This document shows positions 14,607-23,870 of a stretch of DNA of 26,403 bases, piece after piece; within the stretch, counting starts at the first letter, position 1; each line of letters begins with the position of its first letter. Location of the stretch: assembly GCA_021827955.1 (NCBI GenBank), contig JAKATY010000063.1, forward strand, positions 1 to 26,403, in the 5' to 3' direction. The DNA is from Candidatus Micrarchaeota archaeon. Its GTDB lineage: Archaea > Micrarchaeota > Micrarchaeia > Micrarchaeales > Micrarchaeaceae. A program made the position numbers and the translations under genes. A model generated the notes under the pieces. That model searched no databases. It was given only the letters and a program-made list of their open reading frames with translations, and was not told the origin of the DNA.

Positions 14607-15482
14607 ATGTTTGGCAGAACTATTCCAAAGCGCATAAGAGCGCAAAGTGCAATGGAGTACCTCATGACATATGGCTGGGCTATTCTCATTATCGCGGTTG
14701 TGCTCGGTGCATTGTTTCAGCTTGGTGTCTTCAACGCCAACAACTTCGCACCGAAGGCGCCTCCCGGATCGTGTCAGGTCTTCAGGCCCAATGGCCCAGG
14801 AACAACCTCTTTCATAAACCTAGAGGGCGAGTGCCAGGGCGAGCTGCCGCAGTATGTGGCGCAGTTCAACGGACAGAGCAGCTACATACTTGTTCCAACA
14901 TCATCGTTGTATCAGCCTGCAAACGCATATACTGTAAGTTATTGGCTTTATGTTTCTCCTAGTTTTGTTGGAACAGGATGTGTCTTTGACGACAACTGGA
15001 TGAGTGCGGGTCAGGAGCAATTCTTCGTAGGAGGTACAACGTTTTATGAAAAGGTAGGCACAACCAGCGTTCAGCTGACTTCCACTATTCAATTCGGTTC
15101 ATACGTTTTTGTAGTTGGAACGGGATCTCCATCTGGCGAAAACCTTTATTTTAACGGACAATCCGTCAACTCGATATCGACTGCACCAACACTTGCAGCT
15201 ACAAGTATTCCTCTTTCGATAGGTGCGTGCAATGGTGGCAGCGAGGATTACTTTGACGGTCAGATTGCCAATGTCCAGATCTATAACATCTCTCTTTCAC
15301 AACCAGAGATTCAAGCCCTCTATCAAGAAGGTATAGGTGGCGCGCCCATAGATTTGCAGAACCTTGTAGGCTGGTGGCCTCTCAACGGCAACGCAAACGA
15401 TTACTCAGGAAACGGCAACAACGGTGTGCCTTCTGGAGTGACATATACAAGCAACTGGTATTCGGGCTACACACCGCCGTGA
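14607..15482 (+). CDS. Class III (prepilin) signal peptide plus LamG/ConA-like jelly-roll surface protein
   Basis: KRIRAQ/SAMEYLMTYGWAILIIAVVLGALF prepilin-type N-terminus; LamG motifs FNGQSSYI, YFDGQIANVQIYN, LVGWWPLNGNANDYSGNGNNG. Probable start is ATG 14607 (track 14547). Confidence 0.85.
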   Translation: MFGRTIPKRIRAQSAMEYLMTYGWAILIIAVVLGALFQLGVFNANNFAPKAPPGSCQVFRPNGPGTTSFINLEGECQGELPQYVAQFNGQSSYILVPTSSLYQPANAYTVSYWLYVSPSFVGTGCVFDDNWMSAGQEQFFVGGTTFYEKVGTTSVQLTSTIQFGSYVFVVGTGSPSGENLYFNGQSVNSISTAPTLAATSIPLSIGACNGGSEDYFDGQIANVQIYNISLSQPEIQALYQEGIGGAPIDLQNLVGWWPLNGNANDYSGNGNNGVPSGVTYTSNWYSGYTPP

Positions 15483-15538
15483 ATCTAACTTCTCTTTATG
15501 TAGGTATGCACTTCTAATCCCTGCATTGCCCGCATGCT

Positions 15539-16567
15539 TCAGTCATGTGTTATCGTAGTGTTGCAGCCTTGGGGTTCGCTTAGCTGCCTGCTGAATATCA
15601 GCCTCAAATATCCTATGTAAGGAACTACGAAGACCACTTTGCCTTCTATGTAGTTGTCGGATCTCTGCAGTAGTATAGGATAATTGCCAAACTGTATGTC
15701 GAGGCCGGGATTGTTGTCTCCCTTGGTCAGCACGTAATAGGTGCCGCTTGCATTTATTACCGCATATACCCTGTGCACTATGTAAGCGTCTCCGAGACTG
15801 TAGAAATAGTCCTGCGGCACTGTCTTGTATACCACTATGGAATTGTTCCTGTCGCCTTGTATCTCCGTGTTGCCTATCGTTATCGAAGTGGTATATGCTT
15901 CGAGGAAGCTTGTTCCGGAGCTTGTTTTTACCTCTCTCGTCCCGCAGCCGTATCTTATAAGATTGCTGCCTTGCTGGTCCAAGCCTATTACTCTATTGTA
16001 GCCGGAAGTAGGATACAGGACCAGCTCGTCCCCCTTTGCGAATACGGAAGAAACCGTGCCGTTGCTTGCGTTATAGGCTGCGCATTCGAGGAATTCGCTG
16101 CTGAAGTTGTGCAGCGTTGCATTCCATTCAGTTCCGCTAACATTTATTATTGGGGCTTTCAGCTGGGCTGCGCTTATTACTCCGGATATCGCGACGAGGT
16201 CTCCCCTGTGCAGCACAGGCAGCATGCTGCACGTAGGCACGACGTTGAGCGGATACTGCGTATTGAGCACGGCCTTCAGCCCGAACCAGAATACTATTAC
16301 TACAACAATCGCTATCGCGAGCTCCAGCATGCTCTTCTTCATGCCTTCCTCCTTGAAGCTCGCGCCAAGCTCAACCACTATCGTTGCTATTATAACAAGG
16401 AAAAGCGTGACTCCCACGAGCGCTGAAAGCAGCACAGACCTCTGGAACAGTATGTAAAGTATGAACAGCACTACTATTAGCACGTAAAGAGGTGTTGTAT
16501 TTATGCCCTTGCCTTTTTTCGCGCCTGCTTTTTTGCCTTTAGCTTTTGACAATTTAGCTTTTGACAA
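15539..16567 (-). CDS. Signal peptidase I (S26, archaeal Ser/His type) with a large insertion
   Basis: Three hydrophobic N-terminal segments, then VVPTCSMLPVLHRGD (Ser nucleophile), IVHRV (His) and TKGDNNxxxD. TTG start after GTGAT. Confidence 0.88.
   Translation of the reverse strand: MSKAKLSKAKGKKAGAKKGKGINTTPLYVLIVVLFILYILFQRSVLLSALVGVTLFLVIIATIVVELGASFKEEGMKKSMLELAIAIVVVIVFWFGLKAVLNTQYPLNVVPTCSMLPVLHRGDLVAISGVISAAQLKAPIINVSGTEWNATLHNFSSEFLECAAYNASNGTVSSVFAKGDELVLYPTSGYNRVIGLDQQGSNLIRYGCGTREVKTSSGTSFLEAYTTSITIGNTEIQGDRNNSIVVYKTVPQDYFYSLGDAYIVHRVYAVINASGTYYVLTKGDNNPGLDIQFGNYPILLQRSDNYIEGKVVFVVPYIGYLRLIFSRQLSEPQGCNTTITHD
16538..16567. repeat. Exact 15-bp tandem duplication at the signal peptidase start
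   Basis: TTTAGCTTTTGACAA x2 (16538-16552 and 16553-16567), encoding LSKAK twice on the minus strand. Confidence 0.95.
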
Positions 16568-16571
16568 CTGA

Positions 16572-19500
16572 TCACTGTTTATCTTGCGCGTTGCCTGAGA
16601 TCTCTGCTTCTACCTGCTGCCTCGCCATCTGTATGCCAACTACGCGCGATTCGCCTTCCTGCCTTGCAACGCCTATCGCCACGTCCGCAGACTGTATCAA
16701 TGTGCTGTTGTGGCTGACCACTATGAACTGCGACCTGCTGCTCATACCTTTTATCATGTTCGAAAGCTTCTTGGAATTCTCCTCGTCTAGTGCAGAGTCT
16801 ATCTCGTCAAAAATGTAGAAAGCCATCGGGTTCATCATCTGTATGGCGAATATCAGCATGAGCGTGATAAGCGATTTTTCGCCCCCGGACATCGACTCGA
16901 TGCTGCGCGGGCCTTTAGTTTTTGAAATGCTTATGATAAGGCCAGAGTTGAACGGATCCTTCATGTCAGAAAGTTCGAGCTTCGCCTCGCCTTCGAAACC
17001 GTAAGGATACAGCTTCGAGAAGTTTTCGTTGACCTTCTGCAGGGTTTCATTGAACACGTTAAGCTTCTTCGCTTCAACCTCGTTTATAACAGAGAGTATC
17101 GATGCCTTCTCGCTCTCCAGCGTCTCGAGCTTTTTCTCCGCTTCGTCGAGCATCCTCTTCCTTTCCTCGTACATCTCCGGGGCTTTGAGGTTGACGCTGC
17201 CGAGCTTTTCCAGCTCCGCCTTGAGCAGCACTATCCTGTCCTCAAGTTCCTTTATCGGCAGGCCTTCTATCGGTATGATGTCCTGGTATGATAGCAGTTC
17301 AGCTTTTATGTCGGCGAGCCTCGTCTGCACCTGCGCTATCGACATGCCCTGCGCCTGCAGCTCTGATTTCATCTTCGAGATTTCGCTTTCCTGCTTGCCC
17401 CTTTCAAAGCTGAGCTTGGAGATTTCATCCTCAAGTGCCGAGACCTTCTTGAATATTGATGCTGATTTTGAATCGTGCTCCTTTATCGCTTCCTCCATCT
17501 CGGCCTTGCTTCTCTCCAGCTTCTCCGCATCTTCGCTGAGTTCTTTCCTTTTGGCGCGCGCCTCCTTTGTGCGTGAGGACTCCAGCTCCATCTCCTTGAG
17601 TACATCAGAGGAGCGCTGCTTCATCATTTCATCCTCTTTCTCCATCGATGCAATCTCTATTTTCAGTTTCTCGACTTCTTCCCTGAGCGCCTTTGCCTTT
17701 GCTCGCGCTCCCTTGTCCGAAGAGGATTTTGCCTTGGATGACATCATTCCAGAAATGACTGAGTATGTCGCGTTCGCCTTTGATTTTGCAGCAAGCATTT
17801 CCTTCTCAACGGCGATAAGCCTTTCACCGTTCTTTGCCGAATCCTTGCCAATGCCTTCGAGCTGCTTCTGGTATGCACCTTTCTTCGAGTTGAGCGTTTC
17901 TATCTTCAATTTCAGCGCGGCGAGCCTCTCCCGCGCTCCCTCACTTTCCGAGTCTATCGCAAGCACGTTTACCTCCTTGTCCGCGATTTCCTTCCTGAGC
18001 TCCTCTGCCTTTCCTTCCAGCTCTTCGAGCTTTCTTGAAATCTCGGCCCTATCCCTTTCCAGCGATGCAAGCTTTGAGTTTAGCGATGACATGGAGGGCG
18101 CGCTCTTCGATGCGCCTCCGCTTACAACTCCCGAGGACTCTACAAGCTCGCCTTCAAGCGTCACGAATCTTGCCTTGCCTATGCTGTATTCCCTCGCCTT
18201 GCCGACGCTCTCTACAAGGAAGGTGTTTGAAAAGACAAACTCCATCACCTTGCCAAATTTCTCGTCGAATTCCACAAGGCCGATGATGGGCTTCAGCCCT
18301 TTTATCTGCTTCTGCTCTCCTGTCCTTATGTCCTTTATGGGTATGAATGAGGCCCTCTCAAGGCCGTTGTCCTTCATGACACGTATCGCCTTTTCGGCAT
18401 CCTCTATCGTATCTACTACAAAATAGCCCATCCTGCTTTGCGCCGCGGCATTTATCGCTTCTGCATGCTTGGATTCGAAAGTCACAAGGTCTCTCACCCT
18501 TCCGTAGAATCCTCCCTGCATCGCCTTTTGAAGCACTTGGCCCGTTTTGTCGGCAGCGCCGTAAATCGATATCTTCTCCCTTGCTCTTAGGATTTCCATA
18601 TCGCAGTTTCCTGCCTCTGCCTTGAGCGCATTCTGCTCTTTGAGCAGTTCGCCGAATCTTGCCTTCAACGCCCTTGAGCTTTCTTCAAGCATTGCCTTTT
18701 CTTCGCTCCTCGCCTTTGTGCTCTCTTCGGCTTTCGCGTATTCTTCCAGCAGCGACTTGAGCTCCTCCTCAGTACCGGCAAGGCTTTCGCTTATCGCCTT
18801 TCCGTTGCTGTCGAGCGAGGCTTTCTCTAGCTTGAGCACTGAAAGCTCTCCCTCAAGCCTCTCCGCAGCAGCGCGCTGCTCCTCATATTCGTGCATCATC
18901 TGCGCGTTGTCCTCTTCCGAAAAGGAATACGCCTCGCTGTCCTTGAGCTCCTTGTCCTTTGCTTCAAGTTCGGATTTGAGCTTCTGCACCTTGAGGTCGT
19001 TCTCCTTGAGCTTCGCTTCTATCGCTTCTCTCTCTTTGCTTTTTTCCTGCAGCTGCGCTTCTGCCGTTTCGGCGATGCTCTCCGAAGATTTTATCTGTTC
19101 CTTGATTACCGCTATTTGTTTTGCAAGCTCCTCTGCCTTGTGGTTTGAGGAGTTTACCTCGATAGACCTTTTGTTCAGCTCTTCAGAAAGCTTCGATTTC
19201 TCTGCGTTTAGGCTTTCTATCTTGAGCGTGTTCTCGTTAAGCACATGTTCGAGTTTTGAAATCTTTTCATTTGCGGCTTTCTGCGATTCAAGGAGCTTCT
19301 GGTGCTCCTCTGTTAGCTGCCCCTCCTTGAGCTTGAGTATTGTATAATTTGACCTTTTCAGCGTGTTGGTAATCTCTATATAACTTTCCGCATCCTTCTT
19401 CTCCTTCTCTAGCTCATCGAGAAAGCCCTTCCTCTCGTTCATCATTATCCTTGCCTCCCCTATCTTCGCCTCTACCTTCTCGAGTTCCTTGAGCGATGCA

Positions 19501-20006
19501 TCCCTTTTATCGTCGAACTCCTTTATGCCTGCCGCAACATCTATAAGCTCCCTCCTCTCTTTTGCATTGAGGTCCAGCACCTTCACTATTTCCCCCTGCG
19601 TTATCGTGTTCGTGGATTCAAGTTCGCTGCGGTGCGCGTGCAGCGCATCGATAACCTCCTGCCTTGTGACATGCTTGCCATTCAGCCTGTAACTGACCTT
19701 GCCGTCTGACCTTACTACTTTTGTTATCTCGATCTGCTCGCTCCCGTTGAGCGTTATTGAGACCCATCCTCTCTTCATCCCATCTTCAGGATTAGGCTTT
19801 ACCGAATTGTTTATCAGCTGCGGCAGGTTGCTTACCCTCATCCTTTTCAGCGAGCTTTCGCCCAGGGAAAAGAGAATCGCATCGCATATGCTGGATTTTC
19901 CCGAGCCGTTGGGTCCCACAATGCAGTTGAAGCCTTCGCCGAACTTCATCGATGCCTGTCTGAAAGACTTGAAGTTGTGCAGTGTAAGCTTCTCCAAATG
20001 CAGCAT
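16572..20006 (-). CDS. smc: Chromosome segregation ATPase SMC
   Basis: Walker A GPNGSGKS, Q-loop ITQG, long coiled coils, hinge GELVESSGVVSGG (Gx6Gx3GG), signature MSGGEKS, Walker B FDEIDSALD, H-loop VVSHN. ATG 20006 is probable (track GTG 20024). Confidence 0.96.
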   Translation of the reverse strand: MLHLEKLTLHNFKSFRQASMKFGEGFNCIVGPNGSGKSSICDAILFSLGESSLKRMRVSNLPQLINNSVKPNPEDGMKRGWVSITLNGSEQIEITKVVRSDGKVSYRLNGKHVTRQEVIDALHAHRSELESTNTITQGEIVKVLDLNAKERRELIDVAAGIKEFDDKRDASLKELEKVEAKIGEARIMMNERKGFLDELEKEKKDAESYIEITNTLKRSNYTILKLKEGQLTEEHQKLLESQKAANEKISKLEHVLNENTLKIESLNAEKSKLSEELNKRSIEVNSSNHKAEELAKQIAVIKEQIKSSESIAETAEAQLQEKSKEREAIEAKLKENDLKVQKLKSELEAKDKELKDSEAYSFSEEDNAQMMHEYEEQRAAAERLEGELSVLKLEKASLDSNGKAISESLAGTEEELKSLLEEYAKAEESTKARSEEKAMLEESSRALKARFGELLKEQNALKAEAGNCDMEILRAREKISIYGAADKTGQVLQKAMQGGFYGRVRDLVTFESKHAEAINAAAQSRMGYFVVDTIEDAEKAIRVMKDNGLERASFIPIKDIRTGEQKQIKGLKPIIGLVEFDEKFGKVMEFVFSNTFLVESVGKAREYSIGKARFVTLEGELVESSGVVSGGASKSAPSMSSLNSKLASLERDRAEISRKLEELEGKAEELRKEIADKEVNVLAIDSESEGARERLAALKLKIETLNSKKGAYQKQLEGIGKDSAKNGERLIAVEKEMLAAKSKANATYSVISGMMSSKAKSSSDKGARAKAKALREEVEKLKIEIASMEKEDEMMKQRSSDVLKEMELESSRTKEARAKRKELSEDAEKLERSKAEMEEAIKEHDSKSASIFKKVSALEDEISKLSFERGKQESEISKMKSELQAQGMSIAQVQTRLADIKAELLSYQDIIPIEGLPIKELEDRIVLLKAELEKLGSVNLKAPEMYEERKRMLDEAEKKLETLESEKASILSVINEVEAKKLNVFNETLQKVNENFSKLYPYGFEGEAKLELSDMKDPFNSGLIISISKTKGPRSIESMSGGEKSLITLMLIFAIQMMNPMAFYIFDEIDSALDEENSKKLSNMIKGMSSRSQFIVVSHNSTLIQSADVAIGVARQEGESRVVGIQMARQQVEAEISGNAQDKQ

Positions 20007-20101
20007 TCGATTACCTGGTCGCACTTCGCCTATTCCTTATAGATTTGAATCTTTTTATTTGTTTCTCCATGCTGTATTTCTGCAAGCGCGTTCTTGGATC
20101 T

Positions 20102-21193
20102 TCAGCTTTTTGCATGCTTGTCCCTCCCGCTCAGCTTCTTCGAAACGTGCAGCGCGATTATCGATTCAGCATGCTGCTCCGTGACTATTCCAGCGATTCT
20201 TGGCCCTTTTCTTACAACGAGTATCGCCGAGTTCTCTGACTGCATCTCATTGAGCGCCTTGTAAAGGCTGCTATCATATTCTACAATAGGCAGCTTCGCG
20301 CCGAAGCTTGAAACGGGCTTGCCTATGATGCTGTAATTCGGGTTCTGCCTCTGCGTAGGTATCCTTGCGAGCTTCACATCCGCGCCGTCCTTGAACAGCA
20401 CTATGTTAGTATGCTTCTTCAGCATCTTTGCGTATACGCTCCCAAGGCTTTCGTTTTTGTTCACTATCATGAAATTCTTGCTTATCGCGTCCTTCACGTA
20501 AAGATCCGAGGCATATTGCCTCGTGTATGCTGATTGAAGTTCGGCCTGCGAGCCCGAATAAAGGAACATCACGATGAAAACGTCGTAAAATACAATGAAC
20601 TCCCTTTCTACCATGGAATAGCCTTTCGCGTAAATGGCGAATATTATGGTTCCTACCACAAACAGGAAAAACACTATGTTACCGAGCTTCACCGTTACCT
20701 GCGTTGCGCGCAAATAGCTCCTGCTCTTTTCGAGGTAAGCGCGGAACACCCTGCCCCCGTCAAGCGGGAATCCGGGGATAAGGTTGAATACTCCCAGCAG
20801 AAGGTTTATCTCGAAAGTGAAAGTTATGGTCTGCCTTATTATACCTACCGGCGCAAAGGGAGACAGCGCCATGAATATGAGGCCCAGTGCTATGCTTGCC
20901 AATGGGCCTGCAAGAGCTATGTAAAATTCCTGGCTCGGCTTTACCTTGTCTAGGTCCATCACCGAAACCCCTCCTATCGGCAAGAGCACAATCCTCTTTA
21001 CCTTTATGTTGTAGTGCTGCGAAGTAATCGTGTGGGCAAGCTCATGTATAAGCACGCATATGAAAAGTATCACGAAAAGCGCGAACACGTACAGGCTCAC
21101 TATAAGCACGAACAGCAGCAGGAGCAAGAAGGACCAATGCAGCTGTATCTCCACTCCCGCAATTTTTCCTATGTTTGGCGACATACCTGGCAT
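20102..21193 (-). CDS. Site-2 (M50) intramembrane metalloprotease with a C-terminal CBS-like region
   Basis: GKIAGVEIQLHWSF, HELAH, IALAGP, FNLIPGFPLDGGR; degenerate CBS pair at the C-terminus. Probable start 21193 after GTGGT (track 21259). Confidence 0.92.
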   Translation of the reverse strand: MPGMSPNIGKIAGVEIQLHWSFLLLLLFVLIVSLYVFALFVILFICVLIHELAHTITSQHYNIKVKRIVLLPIGGVSVMDLDKVKPSQEFYIALAGPLASIALGLIFMALSPFAPVGIIRQTITFTFEINLLLGVFNLIPGFPLDGGRVFRAYLEKSRSYLRATQVTVKLGNIVFFLFVVGTIIFAIYAKGYSMVEREFIVFYDVFIVMFLYSGSQAELQSAYTRQYASDLYVKDAISKNFMIVNKNESLGSVYAKMLKKHTNIVLFKDGADVKLARIPTQRQNPNYSIIGKPVSSFGAKLPIVEYDSSLYKALNEMQSENSAILVVRKGPRIAGIVTEQHAESIIALHVSKKLSGRDKHAKS

Positions 21194-21358
21194 GCTGAAA
21201 CCACTTCTCTTTCTGGATAACTCTTTTTCTAAATTTAATATGGCTGCGCTTCGGCGCATTTATTTTTGTATCGAACAATTCAAAATAATTGCCCATGCAT
21301 TGCGTAAAATTCCGCGTTAGAGATATAAATGTTGAAAACGAAGCCCTAGCGTGTTCAA

Positions 21359-22162
21359 ATGCCAGGCAAAGACTCAGCAGGCATAAAATTTATCTACAAC
21401 GAGCCAGCCTTGCTCATCGGCAAAGGGAACTCCAAATCCCTTGTGATAGGCGATCTTCATATAGGCGTCGAGCACAAGCTGAGGGACAAAGGCGTGCACC
21501 TGTATTCCCTTGCAAGCAGGATGGCGCAGAAAGTAGCGTCGCTTCTCGAAGAGTTTCACGCCGGCAGGCTTGTGCTGCTTGGCGACATAAAGGAAAGCAT
21601 AATGTATCCGGATGAAGTAGAGGCAAAGGCGATAAGGCAGTTTTTCAGCGAGCTTTCGCAATACAGCGTAAGGATAGTAGCAGGAAACCACGATGCGCAC
21701 CTCTCTGAAATAACAGGCATGCAGTCGGAAAGCGAAATACTGGAAGGCGATTTCGCGCTCTTGCATGGCCATGCCTTGCCGAGCGAAGAAGCGATGTCGA
21801 AGAAGTATATGATCTCTGCGCATAACCACATTGCGATATCAATAAAGGACCGCAAGGGAGGCATATACTATTCCAAGGCCTGGCTCGTTTCAGGCGCTGG
21901 CGCAGGGGCCGAAGCCCACTATCCAAAATACAACAGCGAAATAAAGCTGGTCTCCATGCCCGCTTTCAACGATCTCATAACTGGCACAGATGCTTCAAAG
22001 TTTTCTTCTAAGGAAAACCTCAACCCAATGTTCAGAAACAGGATATTCGACTATGAAAATGCGGAAGTTTACCTTCTGAGTGGGGAATTCGCAGGGACTG
22101 TGTCCTATCTTTCAGCAGCTGCCGTTGGCAATACAAAAAGGCGTAGACCTCAAAACCGCTGA
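21359..22162 (+). CDS. Calcineurin-like metallophosphoesterase (archaeal ICC-like)
   Basis: GDLHIG, LLGD, GNHD, HGH, AHNH metal-binding motifs. GATATAAAT about 30 nt upstream. Confidence 0.88.
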   Translation: MPGKDSAGIKFIYNEPALLIGKGNSKSLVIGDLHIGVEHKLRDKGVHLYSLASRMAQKVASLLEEFHAGRLVLLGDIKESIMYPDEVEAKAIRQFFSELSQYSVRIVAGNHDAHLSEITGMQSESEILEGDFALLHGHALPSEEAMSKKYMISAHNHIAISIKDRKGGIYYSKAWLVSGAGAGAEAHYPKYNSEIKLVSMPAFNDLITGTDASKFSSKENLNPMFRNRIFDYENAEVYLLSGEFAGTVSYLSAAAVGNTKRRRPQNR

Positions 22163-22387
22163 TCATTCCTCCTCCTTGGCATAGCCTTGCTTCTCCCTGA
22201 TTATTGTTATCGGTATGACGTCCTTGTTAAACTCTATCTCAGCAAGTTCGAGAGGGTCTATGACCCCTTTCGGCACTTCTATAAGCGGCGGCGCCCCGTA
22301 GGCCAGCTGAAGGGCCCTGGCTCCTATTATCCTGGCCTTCTCGTATTTTGTATACGTATTAACTCCTTTTTCGGATTTTTCTGCCAT
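22163..22387 (-). CDS. rpo6: DNA-directed RNA polymerase subunit Rpo6 (K)
   Basis: YTKYEKARIIGARALQLAYGAPPLI...DPLELAEIEF...IPITI. ATG 22387 follows GGTG (track TTG 22402). Confidence 0.95.
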   Translation of the reverse strand: MAEKSEKGVNTYTKYEKARIIGARALQLAYGAPPLIEVPKGVIDPLELAEIEFNKDVIPITIIREKQGYAKEEE

Positions 22388-22424
22388 ATGCACCATCTTC
22401 AAAATTTTTTGCTTGCAAGCCGGC

Positions 22425-23870
22425 TCAAACAGGGTTCGGCTTGAATTTTTCCTTTACCTCTTTTACCTCTTGTGTGATTCTCCTCTTCCACGCTGGGAAC
22501 TCTTCCATGCTCTTAGGATACTGCTCATATATAGCGTTGATCTCCTTCATCTTGTTTACCACGTAAAGCAGGTTCCTGAATGCATTTATATTCTTCGCCC
22601 CCTGCAGTATGGTCTTGAACTTTGCCGAGAGGCTGAGCTCCGGCACAAGACCATAACTCAGCTGCTTCGCCTCTGCTGCGGTAAGGAAGACCTTCATTCC
22701 GTAGTTGATTATGTCGTTGTTCAAAGACTGCAAGTATACCCTGAAAACTTCAAGGCTTGCGCTTTTCTTCCCGTAATGCTCATTAAAGTCCAGGTTGTAT
22801 TTCCACAGCCCTTTTATGCTAACGTCATTTTTCGCTATGGCGTCAGCCGCATTTATTCCCGCAAGCACTCCTGCAGTGAGCGCAGGCCCTATGCCTCCCG
22901 CGCTTATCGGGTTGGGCATTACCATGCTGTCCCCCGCACCGATGTAGCCGTTGAATGTAAGCGCCTCCATCTGATGCCTTACTGCCACTGACCAATAGCC
23001 TTCTCCGCCGTTCGGCCCCTCGTTGTAGAGCCTCATGTTTTTGAATACGGGTATCGAAGTAGCATACTCCTTCATAAGGCTTTGCAATGTGTCTTTTTTG
23101 TTGAGCTTCTTGTTCCTTATCTCAAGGCTTCTCTTCTGCACGCCTATGCCGATGTTCGCCCTGTTGCCCTTTTTAGGGAACACCCATCCATAGCCGCCAG
23201 GAGCTATTACCTGGTTTAAGTGTATCAGCGCGTACTTCGGGGTGTATAGCAAAGGATCCTCGTGGTCCAAGTCGAACTCGTACAGAAACCTGCCCGTGAG
23301 CTCCAGGTCGTCTATATCAACTACCCTCTCCACATATTCGTTTTGCGGAAGCGCTCTCCTGAGCGTTGTGGATATGCCCAGCGCATCTATGACGACTTTT
23401 GCCTTGAATTCCTTGTGCTCCTTCTTCTCGTCTTTTCCTGCTATGCCTACTACGTAATTGTTTTCTATAAGGGGCCTCTCTACCTCGAAGTTAGTCCTGT
23501 ATTCGACTCCCTGCTTTAGCGCATGCTCCAGCATTTTGCCCTCGAACAATGGCCTGTTAAGCACGTATCCGTTTCCTTCGTCAAAAAGAATCTTGGACTT
23601 GAAGTCTGGAGAAATTGCGTAAACTCCCTCTACCTCCTGTTCAAGTTCCGGATAGGAGAAGCTCAAGCCCAGATTTGATTTTATGAAGTCAAGGTGCGAT
23701 GTTGCTACAGCGTCGCCGCAGATCCATCCCCAGTTTGTCTTCCTTCCGACGTTTTCTTTGTTGTTCCTGTCAAGCAAAAGCACCTTGGCGCCTTTCTTGG
23801 CCGCCATTGCCGCAGCCGGAAGGCCGGCCATGCCTGCTCCTGCTACAATAACATCGTATTTCTCTTCCAT
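22425..23870 (-). CDS. Geranylgeranyl reductase (digeranylgeranylglycerophospholipid reductase family)
   Basis: FAD-binding GAGMAG, CGDAV, PGGYGWVFPK, NIGIG, GDS...NPISAGGIG, ASLEVFRVYLQSLNNDIINYGM. Start is 23870 or 23882. Confidence 0.88.
   Translation of the reverse strand: MEEKYDVIVAGAGMAGLPAAAMAAKKGAKVLLLDRNNKENVGRKTNWGWICGDAVATSHLDFIKSNLGLSFSYPELEQEVEGVYAISPDFKSKILFDEGNGYVLNRPLFEGKMLEHALKQGVEYRTNFEVERPLIENNYVVGIAGKDEKKEHKEFKAKVVIDALGISTTLRRALPQNEYVERVVDIDDLELTGRFLYEFDLDHEDPLLYTPKYALIHLNQVIAPGGYGWVFPKKGNRANIGIGVQKRSLEIRNKKLNKKDTLQSLMKEYATSIPVFKNMRLYNEGPNGGEGYWSVAVRHQMEALTFNGYIGAGDSMVMPNPISAGGIGPALTAGVLAGINAADAIAKNDVSIKGLWKYNLDFNEHYGKKSASLEVFRVYLQSLNNDIINYGMKVFLTAAEAKQLSYGLVPELSLSAKFKTILQGAKNINAFRNLLYVVNKMKEINAIYEQYPKSMEEFPAWKRRITQEVKEVKEKFKPNPV

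Noticed and set aside
15380-15482. AAC-rich 3' end of the LamG gene as a diversity-generating retroelement variable repeat
   Set aside because: No template repeat or reverse transcriptase in the window, and the Asn/Gly richness is the ordinary DxSGNGNxG motif.
15773-16426. 217-aa plus-strand ORF
   Set aside because: Fully antisense to the well-supported signal peptidase; no recognisable family.
17029-19347. 465-aa and 241-aa plus-strand ORFs
   Set aside because: Antisense shadows of the K/E-rich SMC coiled coil, giving S/F/L-rich nonsense.
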